From positions 64,001 to 128,000 of IMG/VR virus record IMGVR_UViG_3300009158_000001: DNA of 64,000 nucleotides; one strand, given 5' to 3'. How positions within the stretch are numbered: the stretch's first letter is position 1; every line of letters starts with the position of its first letter. The position numbers were made by a program, and so were the translations under genes. Shown here one piece after another: positions 42,201 to 51,268 of the stretch. Source of the stretch: a virus. Under the pieces are notes generated by a model. That model was not told the origin of the DNA and did not search any database. It was given only the letters and a program-made list of their open reading frames with translations.

Positions 42201-42460
42201 AAGAGAGGTTTTCCATATGCAGCTTCTAATTCACGCTCTGTCTTTGCAAACGCCGCCGCAAATCCCTCTCTGCCTTCATCGTATCTTGATGCATAAGGAA
42301 TATCAATTCCTCTGTGCACACTACTTGAATCAAGTGACGAGAAATCACCAAGATTACTGGTAAACGAACGCTTATATAAGTTGAATTTAGGTAGATGGCC
42401 CTGCAATTGGGCAATCGTCTCAGGACTCAACATCCTTGGACCTTTTTTTATTTGACTCAT
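39275..42460 (-). CDS. Putative ejection protein: unknown N-terminus plus shared C-terminal domain
   Basis: IERELELTTKGLAGSMSS...WDDYITNSKGLGSGTRR...LGNEAYM..PRSRY is shared with both neighbours. Confidence 0.55.
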   Translation of the reverse strand: MSQIKKGPRMLSPETIAQLQGHLPKFNLYKRSFTSNLGDFSSLDSSSVHRGIDIPYASRYDEGREGFAAAFAKTERELEAAYGKPLFGTNQALSEYNLGLRRGGDLALGGERLPDNLLYTPERHYAYAHQGFLDSMIENSGELNFRDPRVQEIMATVSKGKPIASEALLADPTYGSALIQFDTPGIEDIKLRTAGIDPNTANVPSPGFALFGRGENNRWQGILHRFTDKRQETFPEFLNSQIFAEHLSEWTKAEPQITSIGPANSQYTNLTRIAKTNQRIYSAAAAGAAHGTSAPLADFDILFREDRAYRFTDEHGAQDLLEDIKAVKAGKLSPEKATIIGVDPLAGGSGVQGLMAERDSFGPRSVTLKGGIAPDPYFAKGTPEFGYGPSGTAPRNFKSPGARLSPYIRDQFTSSDPDHRIAKGNILIESAYDESTWLSMHQKEVPNPDSMVPPRTPTLADPVRIWKHNPETETWDILYDNIGDQARLSPEIFEADPVGWKELEETLHDYYAGKVKHPEDYIPGTDEAILDNPIKWKESELANDEEVIAFKKEFEKLLYGAELPTQPVAPTEAIKEAQARGDFGQTEALKAQYADEMKVYRRASNNLQFSGDEQRLISTFQGSFRDSREYDEFVDSLRTMDTRIEESTSLRRAASGETGPQVLKIGDTAKAVRRSYSEAVRNFVKRKGAKKLAGEIREKLSNKGILGALLAVGVGVGLPSVASASTLGAAAGSSSGAGGLAVLGGIAAVGALAFGYSRINPATRSRLTSSVGSALGKIPSIMSVASSRGGFIERELELTTKGLAGSMSSIINEWGFNRRESATGGTIDTRWGRAWTTKGLGRYVAPSEEGWMRVSGKRELYSQWDDYITNSKGLGSGTRRFAYGLLGGKNSSANRWLARMGGFGTVLPTGIALYFAGKDAVEGYDKNGIMGGITGAAQGYLKAAITNRIIGSALLNPIAGTAALGVLGAVGYASKRMFEVMTEGNLYLQNNRQRTSWTTNVSMSIASSTVATMRQRAIAAIENSKYSSMKSLGNEAYMITSPRSRYASNTIMGNSSPMMSY

Positions 42461-42471
42461 CTAATCTCCTA

Positions 42472-43377
42472 TTAGTAAGAAATCATAGAGTGAGTATTGC
42501 TTAGTATAGTATTGTTTCCATACCTACCTCTTGGAGCAGTAGCCATATAAGCCTCATTTCCTAGACCTCTCATAGAAGAGTATCTTGAGTTTTCTACTGC
42601 AGCTATACTTCTTTGTTTCTGCATTTGGGCATTAGAACTAATCATGGCTGATCCTGGTCCGCGCTTCCAACTGACTAAATTCATTTTTCCCATTTTTAAA
42701 TAGTCATTGCCATCATTCAAGACACCAAGAACTCTATTGCCTGCATATCCTGCTCCAATAAGTAAACCACCTGCTACTGTGGCCCGCAAAGGATTCATAA
42801 GAGCACTGCCAATAATTCTATTAACAATTGCCATACTAACATAACCTTTTGCAGCCCCTATTAATCCACCAACAATTCCATCCTTCTTGTAACCTTCCAT
42901 AGCATCTTGCGATGCAAAATACAAAGATACGGCAGGAGGAAGTATTGTTGAGAAACCTCCACCAATTGCAAGGAATTTATTTACACTAGAACCTTTGCCA
43001 CCTAAGGCCCTATAAGCGACTCGTCTGGTGCCAGTTCCAAATCCTTGACTATTCATAATATAATCGTCCCAGGCCGTGTAAAGTTCTTTCTTACTTAAAC
43101 CTCGTCTCCAAACTGTTTCTGATCCTTGTTGCACTACAGGAGCAACATAATTATTTTGGCGAAAACCTCCATTTCTTGACCATCTTCTACCAAAATGGGC
43201 ATTAAAATGACTACCATCTGCGCCCATACGACGATTAAAACCCCAATCATTAATGACAGAAGACATTGCTCCTGCCAATCCTTTTGTTGTAAGTTCTAGT
43301 TCATTTTCAATAAAGCTAGCACGAGAGTTGAAATTATCATTAATCCACTGCCTTTGCGTTTCAAATCTTCTTGCCAT
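42472..43377 (-). CDS. Stand-alone copy of the shared C-terminal membrane domain
   Basis: The 301-aa protein is essentially only the shared domain. Confidence 0.6.
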   Translation of the reverse strand: MARRFETQRQWINDNFNSRASFIENELELTTKGLAGAMSSVINDWGFNRRMGADGSHFNAHFGRRWSRNGGFRQNNYVAPVVQQGSETVWRRGLSKKELYTAWDDYIMNSQGFGTGTRRVAYRALGGKGSSVNKFLAIGGGFSTILPPAVSLYFASQDAMEGYKKDGIVGGLIGAAKGYVSMAIVNRIIGSALMNPLRATVAGGLLIGAGYAGNRVLGVLNDGNDYLKMGKMNLVSWKRGPGSAMISSNAQMQKQRSIAAVENSRYSSMRGLGNEAYMATAPRGRYGNNTILSNTHSMISY

Positions 43378-43378
43378 C

Positions 43379-45604
43379 TTAACCTCTTCTTAAAGCTGAA
43401 AGAGCTAGTGTAAGGTTTCCAGTGTCGTTATACTTACCCGGAGTATGCCGTCCTCTTGTTGGGCTCATAGAAGGATTTGTAAAGTAATTTTCTTCTATAT
43501 CATTCAAGCCAATGGCTCCTGGGTTTGTCATTCTTACTCTTTCACTTGAATCGGCTTGCATCTGAGCTTGAGCACTCATGTATTTATCTCTTGCCCCTGT
43601 CAGTACATTTGCTGGATGGTCAAGGCCTCCATTTGTTGCACTGCTCATTGCTCCAGTATAGGCAGCCACACCAGCGGCACCCGCAAAGACTGCAGCACCA
43701 CCCAGACCAGACATACCGCTTTTAAAACCTGACATTGCAGGTCCATGATGCTGCGGCACATCAAGTATTGAAGCTTCAGTCTCATCTGCCATACCCAGAT
43801 AGTTTGGATTTCTTCTGCGAAAAAATGAGGAACTTTCCGCTTTTGCTTCAGGTGCAACGTTTTCTTTGTAGAAACTTCTCGTTGCACTCATGCTTTTCTG
43901 TACACCGGCTGCTGCCTGGCCACCATAGAATGCTGCTAAGTTTGGAAGCTCTGAAATAGTTTTACCAGGCCGATTTTGATTTAAATCTGCACCAGTGTTG
44001 TAGTTAACAAAGTCGTTTGCGCTTTGTTGTACTTTATTGTCTAATGAATTTAATTCTCCACCTTGAGTATATCGAGTTTTATCTGCAGGTGACATATCTC
44101 TAAGTCTTTGATTTGATTCACTTTTAGACATGCCTGATATGTCGTCTGTTGTCTGAGAGTGGAATGCTCTTGCATTATCAGGAGTGTAAGCCCCAGCTTT
44201 CGTAATTTGCTCTTCTAGACCTGTACGTTGACGGCTTGCATCTTCCATTGTGTCAAGACTTGCCTTTAAGCCACTTTCATTAGCAGTCTCACTCAAAGCT
44301 CTTGTACCTAGCTGTGAACTTTCCGCCCATCCTTGACTTTCAACTCTGTCTCCTACTTTCATTCCTTGAAGAAAACTACTAGTCAACGACTTAGTGCCAG
44401 AGCCACCAAACATTCTTTGTCCGCCTTTAACTGCAGCAATACCTACTGCGCCTACTGCCGCTCCCTTCATTGCTCCTTGAGTAAAAGCCTTTGCAGTACC
44501 CGTAGCCTTAAGTCCTTGAAATTCTTGATCTTTTGAGTTGTCATATGCCATTGCCCCTTGGACGCCACCAACCGCTGCACCTATAACTGGTGCTGCTGCA
44601 AAGTCTGCAAGATGACTAGCTCCTGTCCCTTGTTTACTTAAAGGTCCAAAGTCTTTATTCATACCTTGATTTGGGCTTGCAATTGAATTTGCTTTTTGGC
44701 CTAGTTCATTGTAGTCAGTCTGAGTCTCTGCTTCCTGCTCAATTGTCTGACCAGCAGCTGTTTTTCTTTGAGTTGACTTTTGTGTTTTTTCCTCTTGCTG
44801 AGTTGTTTCTCTGCTCTCTTGTTGTTCTCTTTTTGCTTCTTGGTATGCCTTCCTATTTTCTTTTCTCTTCTTTGGATCTGTCTCAGGAGCGGTTCTTTCT
44901 TGCCGCTTCATATCAGCAATTTTTTGTCCTTCACTCTCAACATCGTCTGCATATAATGCTGCTTCGTCTACTTTTTCAGGCGGTGGCTTAGGTTTGCTAA
45001 TCTCAGCCTCTTGCTCTTCAAACTGTTGTACTGCGCGTTTTTGTGCAGGACTATAATTGCTTGGATCATCCTCCATTACCTTTCTAGGTGGAGCAGGCTC
45101 TGCCATTTGTCGAGGAGGAGTTACTTTACTTGCTTCTTGTGCTGCTATTTTTTCTTCATTAGTAGAAAATTTTGCAAAGTCTTGAGCTATGTCTTCCCCT
45201 TTAGGTAAAGCTTTCTCAAGTAATGAGCCTATTCTTCCGGCACGTCGACCTGCAAATGCACCAAGTGTTGCTCCAACAGTCATTGTTGTACTAAGATTTC
45301 CTGGATCTCCTGAAAGGATTGAAGCTCCTAAGCCAGCAAATGCTCCTATCGCAGTACCTGCAAGAATTGCCGAACCGCCCGCCACTCCTTTCTTACTAAA
45401 TGTAGGACTGGCGCTAGCAGCTTCTTGGACTCTCTGATTTATAAATTTCTTAAAACCAGAACTTTCTTTTATGCCAAGAGCTGCTGTTCCTTGTTGTTTT
45501 AGAAGAGCTTCATAAAGAGTATTTCCAATTTCATGTTTTGCTGCACGTGTGCTAGACAGCAATGCTCCAATGAATGTCAATGTTTCTGTAACAAAATTTG
45601 CCAT
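43379..45604 (-). CDS. Glycine-zipper membrane protein, putative ejection protein
   Basis: Several GxxxG/AxxxG hydrophobic segments separated by charged low-complexity regions. Confidence 0.45.
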   Translation of the reverse strand: MANFVTETLTFIGALLSSTRAAKHEIGNTLYEALLKQQGTAALGIKESSGFKKFINQRVQEAASASPTFSKKGVAGGSAILAGTAIGAFAGLGASILSGDPGNLSTTMTVGATLGAFAGRRAGRIGSLLEKALPKGEDIAQDFAKFSTNEEKIAAQEASKVTPPRQMAEPAPPRKVMEDDPSNYSPAQKRAVQQFEEQEAEISKPKPPPEKVDEAALYADDVESEGQKIADMKRQERTAPETDPKKRKENRKAYQEAKREQQESRETTQQEEKTQKSTQRKTAAGQTIEQEAETQTDYNELGQKANSIASPNQGMNKDFGPLSKQGTGASHLADFAAAPVIGAAVGGVQGAMAYDNSKDQEFQGLKATGTAKAFTQGAMKGAAVGAVGIAAVKGGQRMFGGSGTKSLTSSFLQGMKVGDRVESQGWAESSQLGTRALSETANESGLKASLDTMEDASRQRTGLEEQITKAGAYTPDNARAFHSQTTDDISGMSKSESNQRLRDMSPADKTRYTQGGELNSLDNKVQQSANDFVNYNTGADLNQNRPGKTISELPNLAAFYGGQAAAGVQKSMSATRSFYKENVAPEAKAESSSFFRRRNPNYLGMADETEASILDVPQHHGPAMSGFKSGMSGLGGAAVFAGAAGVAAYTGAMSSATNGGLDHPANVLTGARDKYMSAQAQMQADSSERVRMTNPGAIGLNDIEENYFTNPSMSPTRGRHTPGKYNDTGNLTLALSALRRG

Positions 45605-48600
45605 TATCGTCTTTCCTTACCACGGCCTCGGTTTCTTTGCATGCTGCCCATTAATGCAGCCTGTTGCATCTCTGCCATCATTAATTTTCTACTATTACCA
45701 GACTCAGAAGAAGTAATAGGTGTAATTGAGTTGAGCTGAGAACTAGAACTGGTTAAGTTATTTATACTATTTAACTCTGGAGATTGATCATATCTTTCAA
45801 TCATTTGAGACTCAGATGTGCCTGGGCTTTTATCAAAATGAAAACGATTATAACTAAAAGCACTTAAAGTATTCCATCCTTTTCTTTCAGCTCCACCCAT
45901 TCCGCTTTGAGCTCCAAAATAGAAAGGCTGACTCCACATGCCCTTGCCTTTGCTTTTTGCAGAGTATTCAGCTTGCATATAAGCTGTTTGGCTAACTAAA
46001 TCTTCCGTAGATTTTTCTCTAAAAAGAACTGAACCAAGTCCCTGCTTAACCATTTCATATGAATAGTTTGTTCCTTCTTGGTCTGTTATAAGACCAACTG
46101 AACGACCAAAAGTTTGTCTTCCGCCAACTACAACTTGAGATCCTGTTCTTGCAGATAAAACATTTGTTAAGTAATTTTTACCAGGTTGAGCATATGCCAT
46201 TTCTCCTGGCCCAGTACCTACTCCTTCGTGAGCTGTTTCAGGGGTGTCAATGCCAGATACGCGCACACTACCTAGCTTTCTTCTGCCCATGCCAAGAAAG
46301 CCTTTGCTAATCAATTCAACTGTATCACCGTCACCAACCGCGTAGTCAACCTTTGCACCATCAACTGCCTGGAGTGCAACACCAGCATCATTTGTTTTGT
46401 CAATTGGTGCAGTGTATGAAGTCAAAGCACTCTTAATATCTCCGCCAGCGGCATAGTTACCGCCTTCTAAGATTTGTTTCTCATCACCACTCTTTTTTAA
46501 AATTGCTTCAGTTGTTGGTTTCCAACTAGGTTGATCAATCATGTAATCGGCTGCAAGAGCAAGCCCAGCACCAACTATTCCACCTATAGCACCAGCAGTT
46601 CTTCCTACATTAGAAACAAACCAACTTGCGTCTTTCAGCGCAGATACCGCAATCTTTCCTCCCGCACCCGCAGGAGAAACAGCATTCGCAAGAAACCTAT
46701 CTGCGGTTTCTCTCTGTAGTTTTATTTTTCCTAATCCTTGCATTGTCAGGCTAGCCATCGCCTTAAAGTGACCAACACTTTGAGGTCTTGCAAATTTAAC
46801 AGCACTTAAAGAACTACTCAATTCATGTAGTCCTCTACCTAGACCTCCTATAGTCAGACCATATCCCTTAGAGGAAACATTCTTAAAAATTTGATCTAGA
46901 GTTCCTTTAGTCTGTTCTATTATTTGCCGGGTAAGAGCTCCATCACCTTGATCAAATCTCAACTTTAATTCATCAGTCAATTTCTGTCCAAGACTTCCAT
47001 TTGGTTCCCGAAGTCTTCCTGTTAAAGTCTCAAACCTTTCCATCAAACTTTCTGGAGTTAATCCCCTACTCGCAATGCTTTCACTCTCAGCATACTGCCC
47101 AACCATATGTTCAAAAACACGCCTATGCGCTGTTTCCGCACTTGCACCGCCTGCAATCAAGTCTGCGTGCATTTTCTTCATATCGTCTACTAGATGATAG
47201 TCATGCGTCTTATTAAAGAAAGAGTATGTTGCTCCATCCTTTGTAACTTTTTCATGCCGGACTTGGCCTTGTCGAGTTCCAAGGTTAAATGGCTCGTAGG
47301 CATCAGTCTGAATATTGATTGGTTCAGTGTGATATTGAATTTCACCACTCAAATCAGCAACTGGCATAGGCCTATTAACTATAACTTCATCTACTATGCC
47401 TTCCGCGTTTTCTAATTTAATAACCTTTCCTGGCTTTTCATCTGGATAAGGCAATTCTCTTTTGATAATAGGATTACCTTCTTCGTCCAATTTTAAAGCA
47501 TCAACAGTTAATTCCTTTTTTGCATCAAACAAAGATGCTTGTCCAGATACCAGATTAGCAGTCTCATGAATCCTAAGAAGTTCCTTGTCAATGTTGTAAT
47601 TTTTTGTTACATCACCTATTGTTCCCTGATTCCATCTGGCAAGAAGAGGATTTGCACTGCTTTCATCTACATCAAAAAGAACTCTACCTTGTGCATCTGT
47701 TGTTATAGGCTCAAGTTCCGTATCTTTCAAGTATGAAGTAAGACTTAGCCATCCTCTTTTCTTGCTGTCAAACAGTATACTTGTTGCCGCAATAAGGGAC
47801 TTCATCTGTCCACCAATTGACGCGGTTTCTTTTCCTTGGTTTACGGTATAGACATCTTTAACTGTTTCATACAGTTTTGCATCTGTTAAAAGTTTTCCCT
47901 GAAGAACTGTGTCCATCAAAGCTAAATGCTCTTCCTTTGCTCCATAGAAGGCCCTAGATGCCCAGTCAATTTTTGTACCAGAAAATACATCTGGCCCTGT
48001 TGGAATATATCCAGTTTGCATAAGACCAGAAAATAACATCTTAGTAAGTTCAAGCTGATCTTTGTTATGAAGTCCTTGTCCTATATTTTTTTCCCACATT
48101 GGGAAAAGACTAATCATTTCATTGGTTTTCCCTTCCATTCTTAATCTATCCACACCTTGTGTATAGTGATAGTTGGTAGGATCCATAATGTTTCTTTTAT
48201 ACTGTGACTTCCAGTATGCATCAAACATTTGTCTAATTTCTGATAGATCTTGAATTCCTTCTGGTCCAGTCCTGAAAGCTTTCATAATATCAGGATCTTG
48301 ATTTAAAGGAACACGGTCCTCTGGGAACATTGCTACATTGTAATTGCCTTTGAAATCCCTGACATGCGCTCCTATTCCGTCATCTGCTGGTCGAATAACA
48401 GATATCTGTCTTTCTCCTGCGTCATCCACAGAAGGAACAATAGCGGTAAAGAATTTATTCTTGTTTGGTAATTTGCTTTTATCAGAAACATTCTGGGTAA
48501 AGTATTCCCAAAGTTTGCCAAGTCTGAAGGATTCAAAGGTCATATTTGCAGCAATTAATGCTTTATTATTGTCACTTCCTTGCTTCGCAAATATCATAGA

Positions 48601-49593
48601 CCACTTAGCAGCTTCTCTTTGGCTATAAATACGCTGGCCGTCTGCAAGTTCAACAAACCCTTGCTCTTCTAGTTTTTTAAAGATGCCTGTAATCTTCTCA
48701 TCATCTATGGCACCATCAGCACCTGCATTTTCTTCATAGAACTTTTTAAGGAAATCATATTTACTTTCTGCCCATCCTCCAAAGAGTGTTCTGAAACTAT
48801 CTAAGCTTTCAGGGGTGTGCTCAACAACTCTATATGTTCTTTCTCTTGCTTCACCTGCGGCATTCTCCGCTGCAGTGTCAGTAAGCAAAGCAGTAGGCAT
48901 CATATCTAAAGCAAGAAATCCTTTTTCCATTTGCTCAGAAGGTGACATCCGAGTAATCGAAGTTCTACCTTCTTGGGTTGAAATTAACTTGTCGATCTGA
49001 TTTAGATTTTCCATATCAATCATGGCAAGCTGAAGTATTGGAGCATTTCTTCCAAGACCACCAGTCTCAATGTCCACAATCATAGCATTTCTAATAATGT
49101 CAGGTGTCTTAAAGTTAAAGACTGACATTGCCGAAAGTTTTAATTTTAAATCCCTAATGCCTTGACTTGAAGCTCCACTCAGTATTTGTCCAAAAGTATC
49201 GCCTTGGCCTGCTGCAGCATAAGATGCTAATTTCGCAGTTACATCTTTAAATAATGCTGTCTTTTCTGCAAGTACAGTCTCTGTAAAGTTAATAAAGTTT
49301 TTACCAGGAGCAGCACCAATTAACTGTGCGCCCTTGCCTATCGCAGTATCTGTAGCAGTCATCAAGTACTGCTTGAAATTAGTCTTATCGTTTAGCGCTT
49401 TAACAACCTCAGATCCAAATCTGAATGTTCCTTTAGCAATACTTTTAACAAGAGTAAAAGTACCACGTGCACTAGCATCAACTTCAGAAAGATAGTTACT
49501 ACCTCTGTACTTGCCTGCCAAAGCAGTGATTCCTTTTATAGGATCTGCATCTGGATTTAAAAGATAATCTTTTAATGTGTATGCAGAGGCCAT
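45604..49593 (-). CDS. DEDDh 3'-5' exonuclease-like plus staphylococcal nuclease (SNase) fusion
   Basis: IVDIETGG (ExoI), ANMTFE (ExoII-like), HLALMD (ExoIII); C-terminal DGDT, RVSGIDTPET, FGR, MVKQGL and AKSKGKGMW SNase motifs. Confidence 0.75.
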   Translation of the reverse strand: MASAYTLKDYLLNPDADPIKGITALAGKYRGSNYLSEVDASARGTFTLVKSIAKGTFRFGSEVVKALNDKTNFKQYLMTATDTAIGKGAQLIGAAPGKNFINFTETVLAEKTALFKDVTAKLASYAAAGQGDTFGQILSGASSQGIRDLKLKLSAMSVFNFKTPDIIRNAMIVDIETGGLGRNAPILQLAMIDMENLNQIDKLISTQEGRTSITRMSPSEQMEKGFLALDMMPTALLTDTAAENAAGEARERTYRVVEHTPESLDSFRTLFGGWAESKYDFLKKFYEENAGADGAIDDEKITGIFKKLEEQGFVELADGQRIYSQREAAKWSMIFAKQGSDNNKALIAANMTFESFRLGKLWEYFTQNVSDKSKLPNKNKFFTAIVPSVDDAGERQISVIRPADDGIGAHVRDFKGNYNVAMFPEDRVPLNQDPDIMKAFRTGPEGIQDLSEIRQMFDAYWKSQYKRNIMDPTNYHYTQGVDRLRMEGKTNEMISLFPMWEKNIGQGLHNKDQLELTKMLFSGLMQTGYIPTGPDVFSGTKIDWASRAFYGAKEEHLALMDTVLQGKLLTDAKLYETVKDVYTVNQGKETASIGGQMKSLIAATSILFDSKKRGWLSLTSYLKDTELEPITTDAQGRVLFDVDESSANPLLARWNQGTIGDVTKNYNIDKELLRIHETANLVSGQASLFDAKKELTVDALKLDEEGNPIIKRELPYPDEKPGKVIKLENAEGIVDEVIVNRPMPVADLSGEIQYHTEPINIQTDAYEPFNLGTRQGQVRHEKVTKDGATYSFFNKTHDYHLVDDMKKMHADLIAGGASAETAHRRVFEHMVGQYAESESIASRGLTPESLMERFETLTGRLREPNGSLGQKLTDELKLRFDQGDGALTRQIIEQTKGTLDQIFKNVSSKGYGLTIGGLGRGLHELSSSLSAVKFARPQSVGHFKAMASLTMQGLGKIKLQRETADRFLANAVSPAGAGGKIAVSALKDASWFVSNVGRTAGAIGGIVGAGLALAADYMIDQPSWKPTTEAILKKSGDEKQILEGGNYAAGGDIKSALTSYTAPIDKTNDAGVALQAVDGAKVDYAVGDGDTVELISKGFLGMGRRKLGSVRVSGIDTPETAHEGVGTGPGEMAYAQPGKNYLTNVLSARTGSQVVVGGRQTFGRSVGLITDQEGTNYSYEMVKQGLGSVLFREKSTEDLVSQTAYMQAEYSAKSKGKGMWSQPFYFGAQSGMGGAERKGWNTLSAFSYNRFHFDKSPGTSESQMIERYDQSPELNSINNLTSSSSQLNSITPITSSESGNSRKLMMAEMQQAALMGSMQRNRGRGKERR

Positions 49594-49605
49594 CTATCTT
49601 CTTAC

Positions 49606-50919
49606 TTATTCATCATAGTCAAAGGGATCATCTTTATTATCTCTTATTAGACTATTAATCTTACTTAATGCAGCAGACATTTTTGTCATAGTTGAACTAA
49701 CACTCTCAACCTTAGTAGACTCCATCTTAGCCTTAGCATTTAACTTGGCTTCTGGGGTGCTTAACAGTTCCTTCATTAGCTGACTGCGCATCTTTTGGAA
49801 ACGTTCCTTTAACGCAAAAGCAGGATGTTCCTTCATCGCAGTCTTAACAGGATTGCCGTGTAAGTCGCTACTTAGTACAGCCTCCTGCATCAAGTCTCTA
49901 CCCTCGCCAAGGCTATCTCCTTGACTTAATAGCATATTAACCCGGATCTCATAGATATCCAGTTCGGCAAGCTTAGTCGCCAAGCTAATAACACTAGGAG
50001 TAATATTATTCATATCTCTAAAGTTCTCACTACAGTATTGCTTAACCTTAACCTGGAGAATACTTGCTTCTACGGGGCAAGGTTGCAGTACTGGGAATTT
50101 ACTAGAGGCAAGATCAACACTTCCATTGTCTCTCTTAACAGCAAACCAGCATGAGCTGCGAATAGGGCAACTCTCATATCCTTTACATATTAAGGGCACA
50201 CTAGCATAAGTACCATGCTTAACAGCAGCAAGGTGCGACCTCATTCTAGCAGCACTCTGAGGTGTTATATGTAAGTCCTTATATAAGTCAGGATCACTAC
50301 CAAGAAAAGTCCCAAGACTACTGTTAGAGAAGAAAGCATTAACATCTATAGTATTAGGATCACTGGCGTCTAAGGCACTCTGAAAAGCTTCCTTAAGACT
50401 GATACTCGTAGCACTACTTTGATCAAGAGGCTCAGCCCTCTCTAGTAAATCTAAGTCACTATCTAGTATCTCCCCCACCCTATCAAGTAGCACTTGTGTA
50501 CTGGCCTCCACGCCGCCAAGACCATTAGTATTACGGTTCCCAGAGACCATACTAGAGTCCTTTAACAGGGGGCTAGTCTTAGTAAAGGACTTATCCTCAC
50601 TGATAGACATCTCCCTAGTAGGAAGGCCCTTTGCTGTCTCAGCTACGCTAATGTTAGTATCCTCTAAAGCCTGTAAGTCAAAAGGCATACCGTCTTCCTT
50701 AGGGGAAAACTCTAACGAGTTCCCCAAGGTGTATGGGTCAATAACTTGTCCAGATAACGTTCCAGTATAAGTAGGCTGAGAAAGCCGCGCCGCATTCTTA
50801 TATAGATTATCGGCTCCACGCCCTGCACTGTTGTCGTGGGAAGATCTAGGCTTCTTACCATTAGCCTTGTTTATATCATTGTAATGAGCCAAAACAGAGT
50901 ACTTCTTACTAGTAATCAA
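49606..50919 (-). CDS. Cys-motif protein, possible terminase small subunit
   Basis: First gene of the late arm; CKGYESCP..SC...CPVE and a helical C-terminus with EHPA. TTG start is uncertain. Confidence 0.35.
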   Translation of the reverse strand: MITSKKYSVLAHYNDINKANGKKPRSSHDNSAGRGADNLYKNAARLSQPTYTGTLSGQVIDPYTLGNSLEFSPKEDGMPFDLQALEDTNISVAETAKGLPTREMSISEDKSFTKTSPLLKDSSMVSGNRNTNGLGGVEASTQVLLDRVGEILDSDLDLLERAEPLDQSSATSISLKEAFQSALDASDPNTIDVNAFFSNSSLGTFLGSDPDLYKDLHITPQSAARMRSHLAAVKHGTYASVPLICKGYESCPIRSSCWFAVKRDNGSVDLASSKFPVLQPCPVEASILQVKVKQYCSENFRDMNNITPSVISLATKLAELDIYEIRVNMLLSQGDSLGEGRDLMQEAVLSSDLHGNPVKTAMKEHPAFALKERFQKMRSQLMKELLSTPEAKLNAKAKMESTKVESVSSTMTKMSAALSKINSLIRDNKDDPFDYDE

Positions 50920-51268
50920 ACTAAAGTTTAAACTTTATTAACTTGATACCATAAGGAGCCTTATATATGTATAAGGACAAAACCTCTATATATATTTGGG
51001 GAAAAAATCTAGGGGAAAAGCTAGGGGGAAAGGGGTATAGGTCTGGGAAAGACGTAGACTTGCCTAAAGAACTCTATATAGGTTTATATATTTATATTTT
51101 TATTTTTATGGAAAAGAGTGGGTACTTTATATACTGGGACCCTTAAACAACCCATACCCCTATTCGTTTTAGCCCACCCCCTTTAAACGTAAAACTCTGA
51201 CCGTTAGGGTGGGACATTGGGTTCCAAAAAGCCCTGCAATTGAGCAGGCACGCGTCTAGGAGTCTGCC
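50920..51268. promoter_or_regulatory. Divergent intergenic control region at the compositional boundary
   Basis: AT-rich with TATATA runs and clustered G-runs, followed by a structured leader and the AGGAG SD of the giant ORF. Confidence 0.5.

Noticed and set aside
1396-49000. Numerous short plus-strand ORFs over the late arm
   Set aside because: Antisense shadows of long minus-strand genes.
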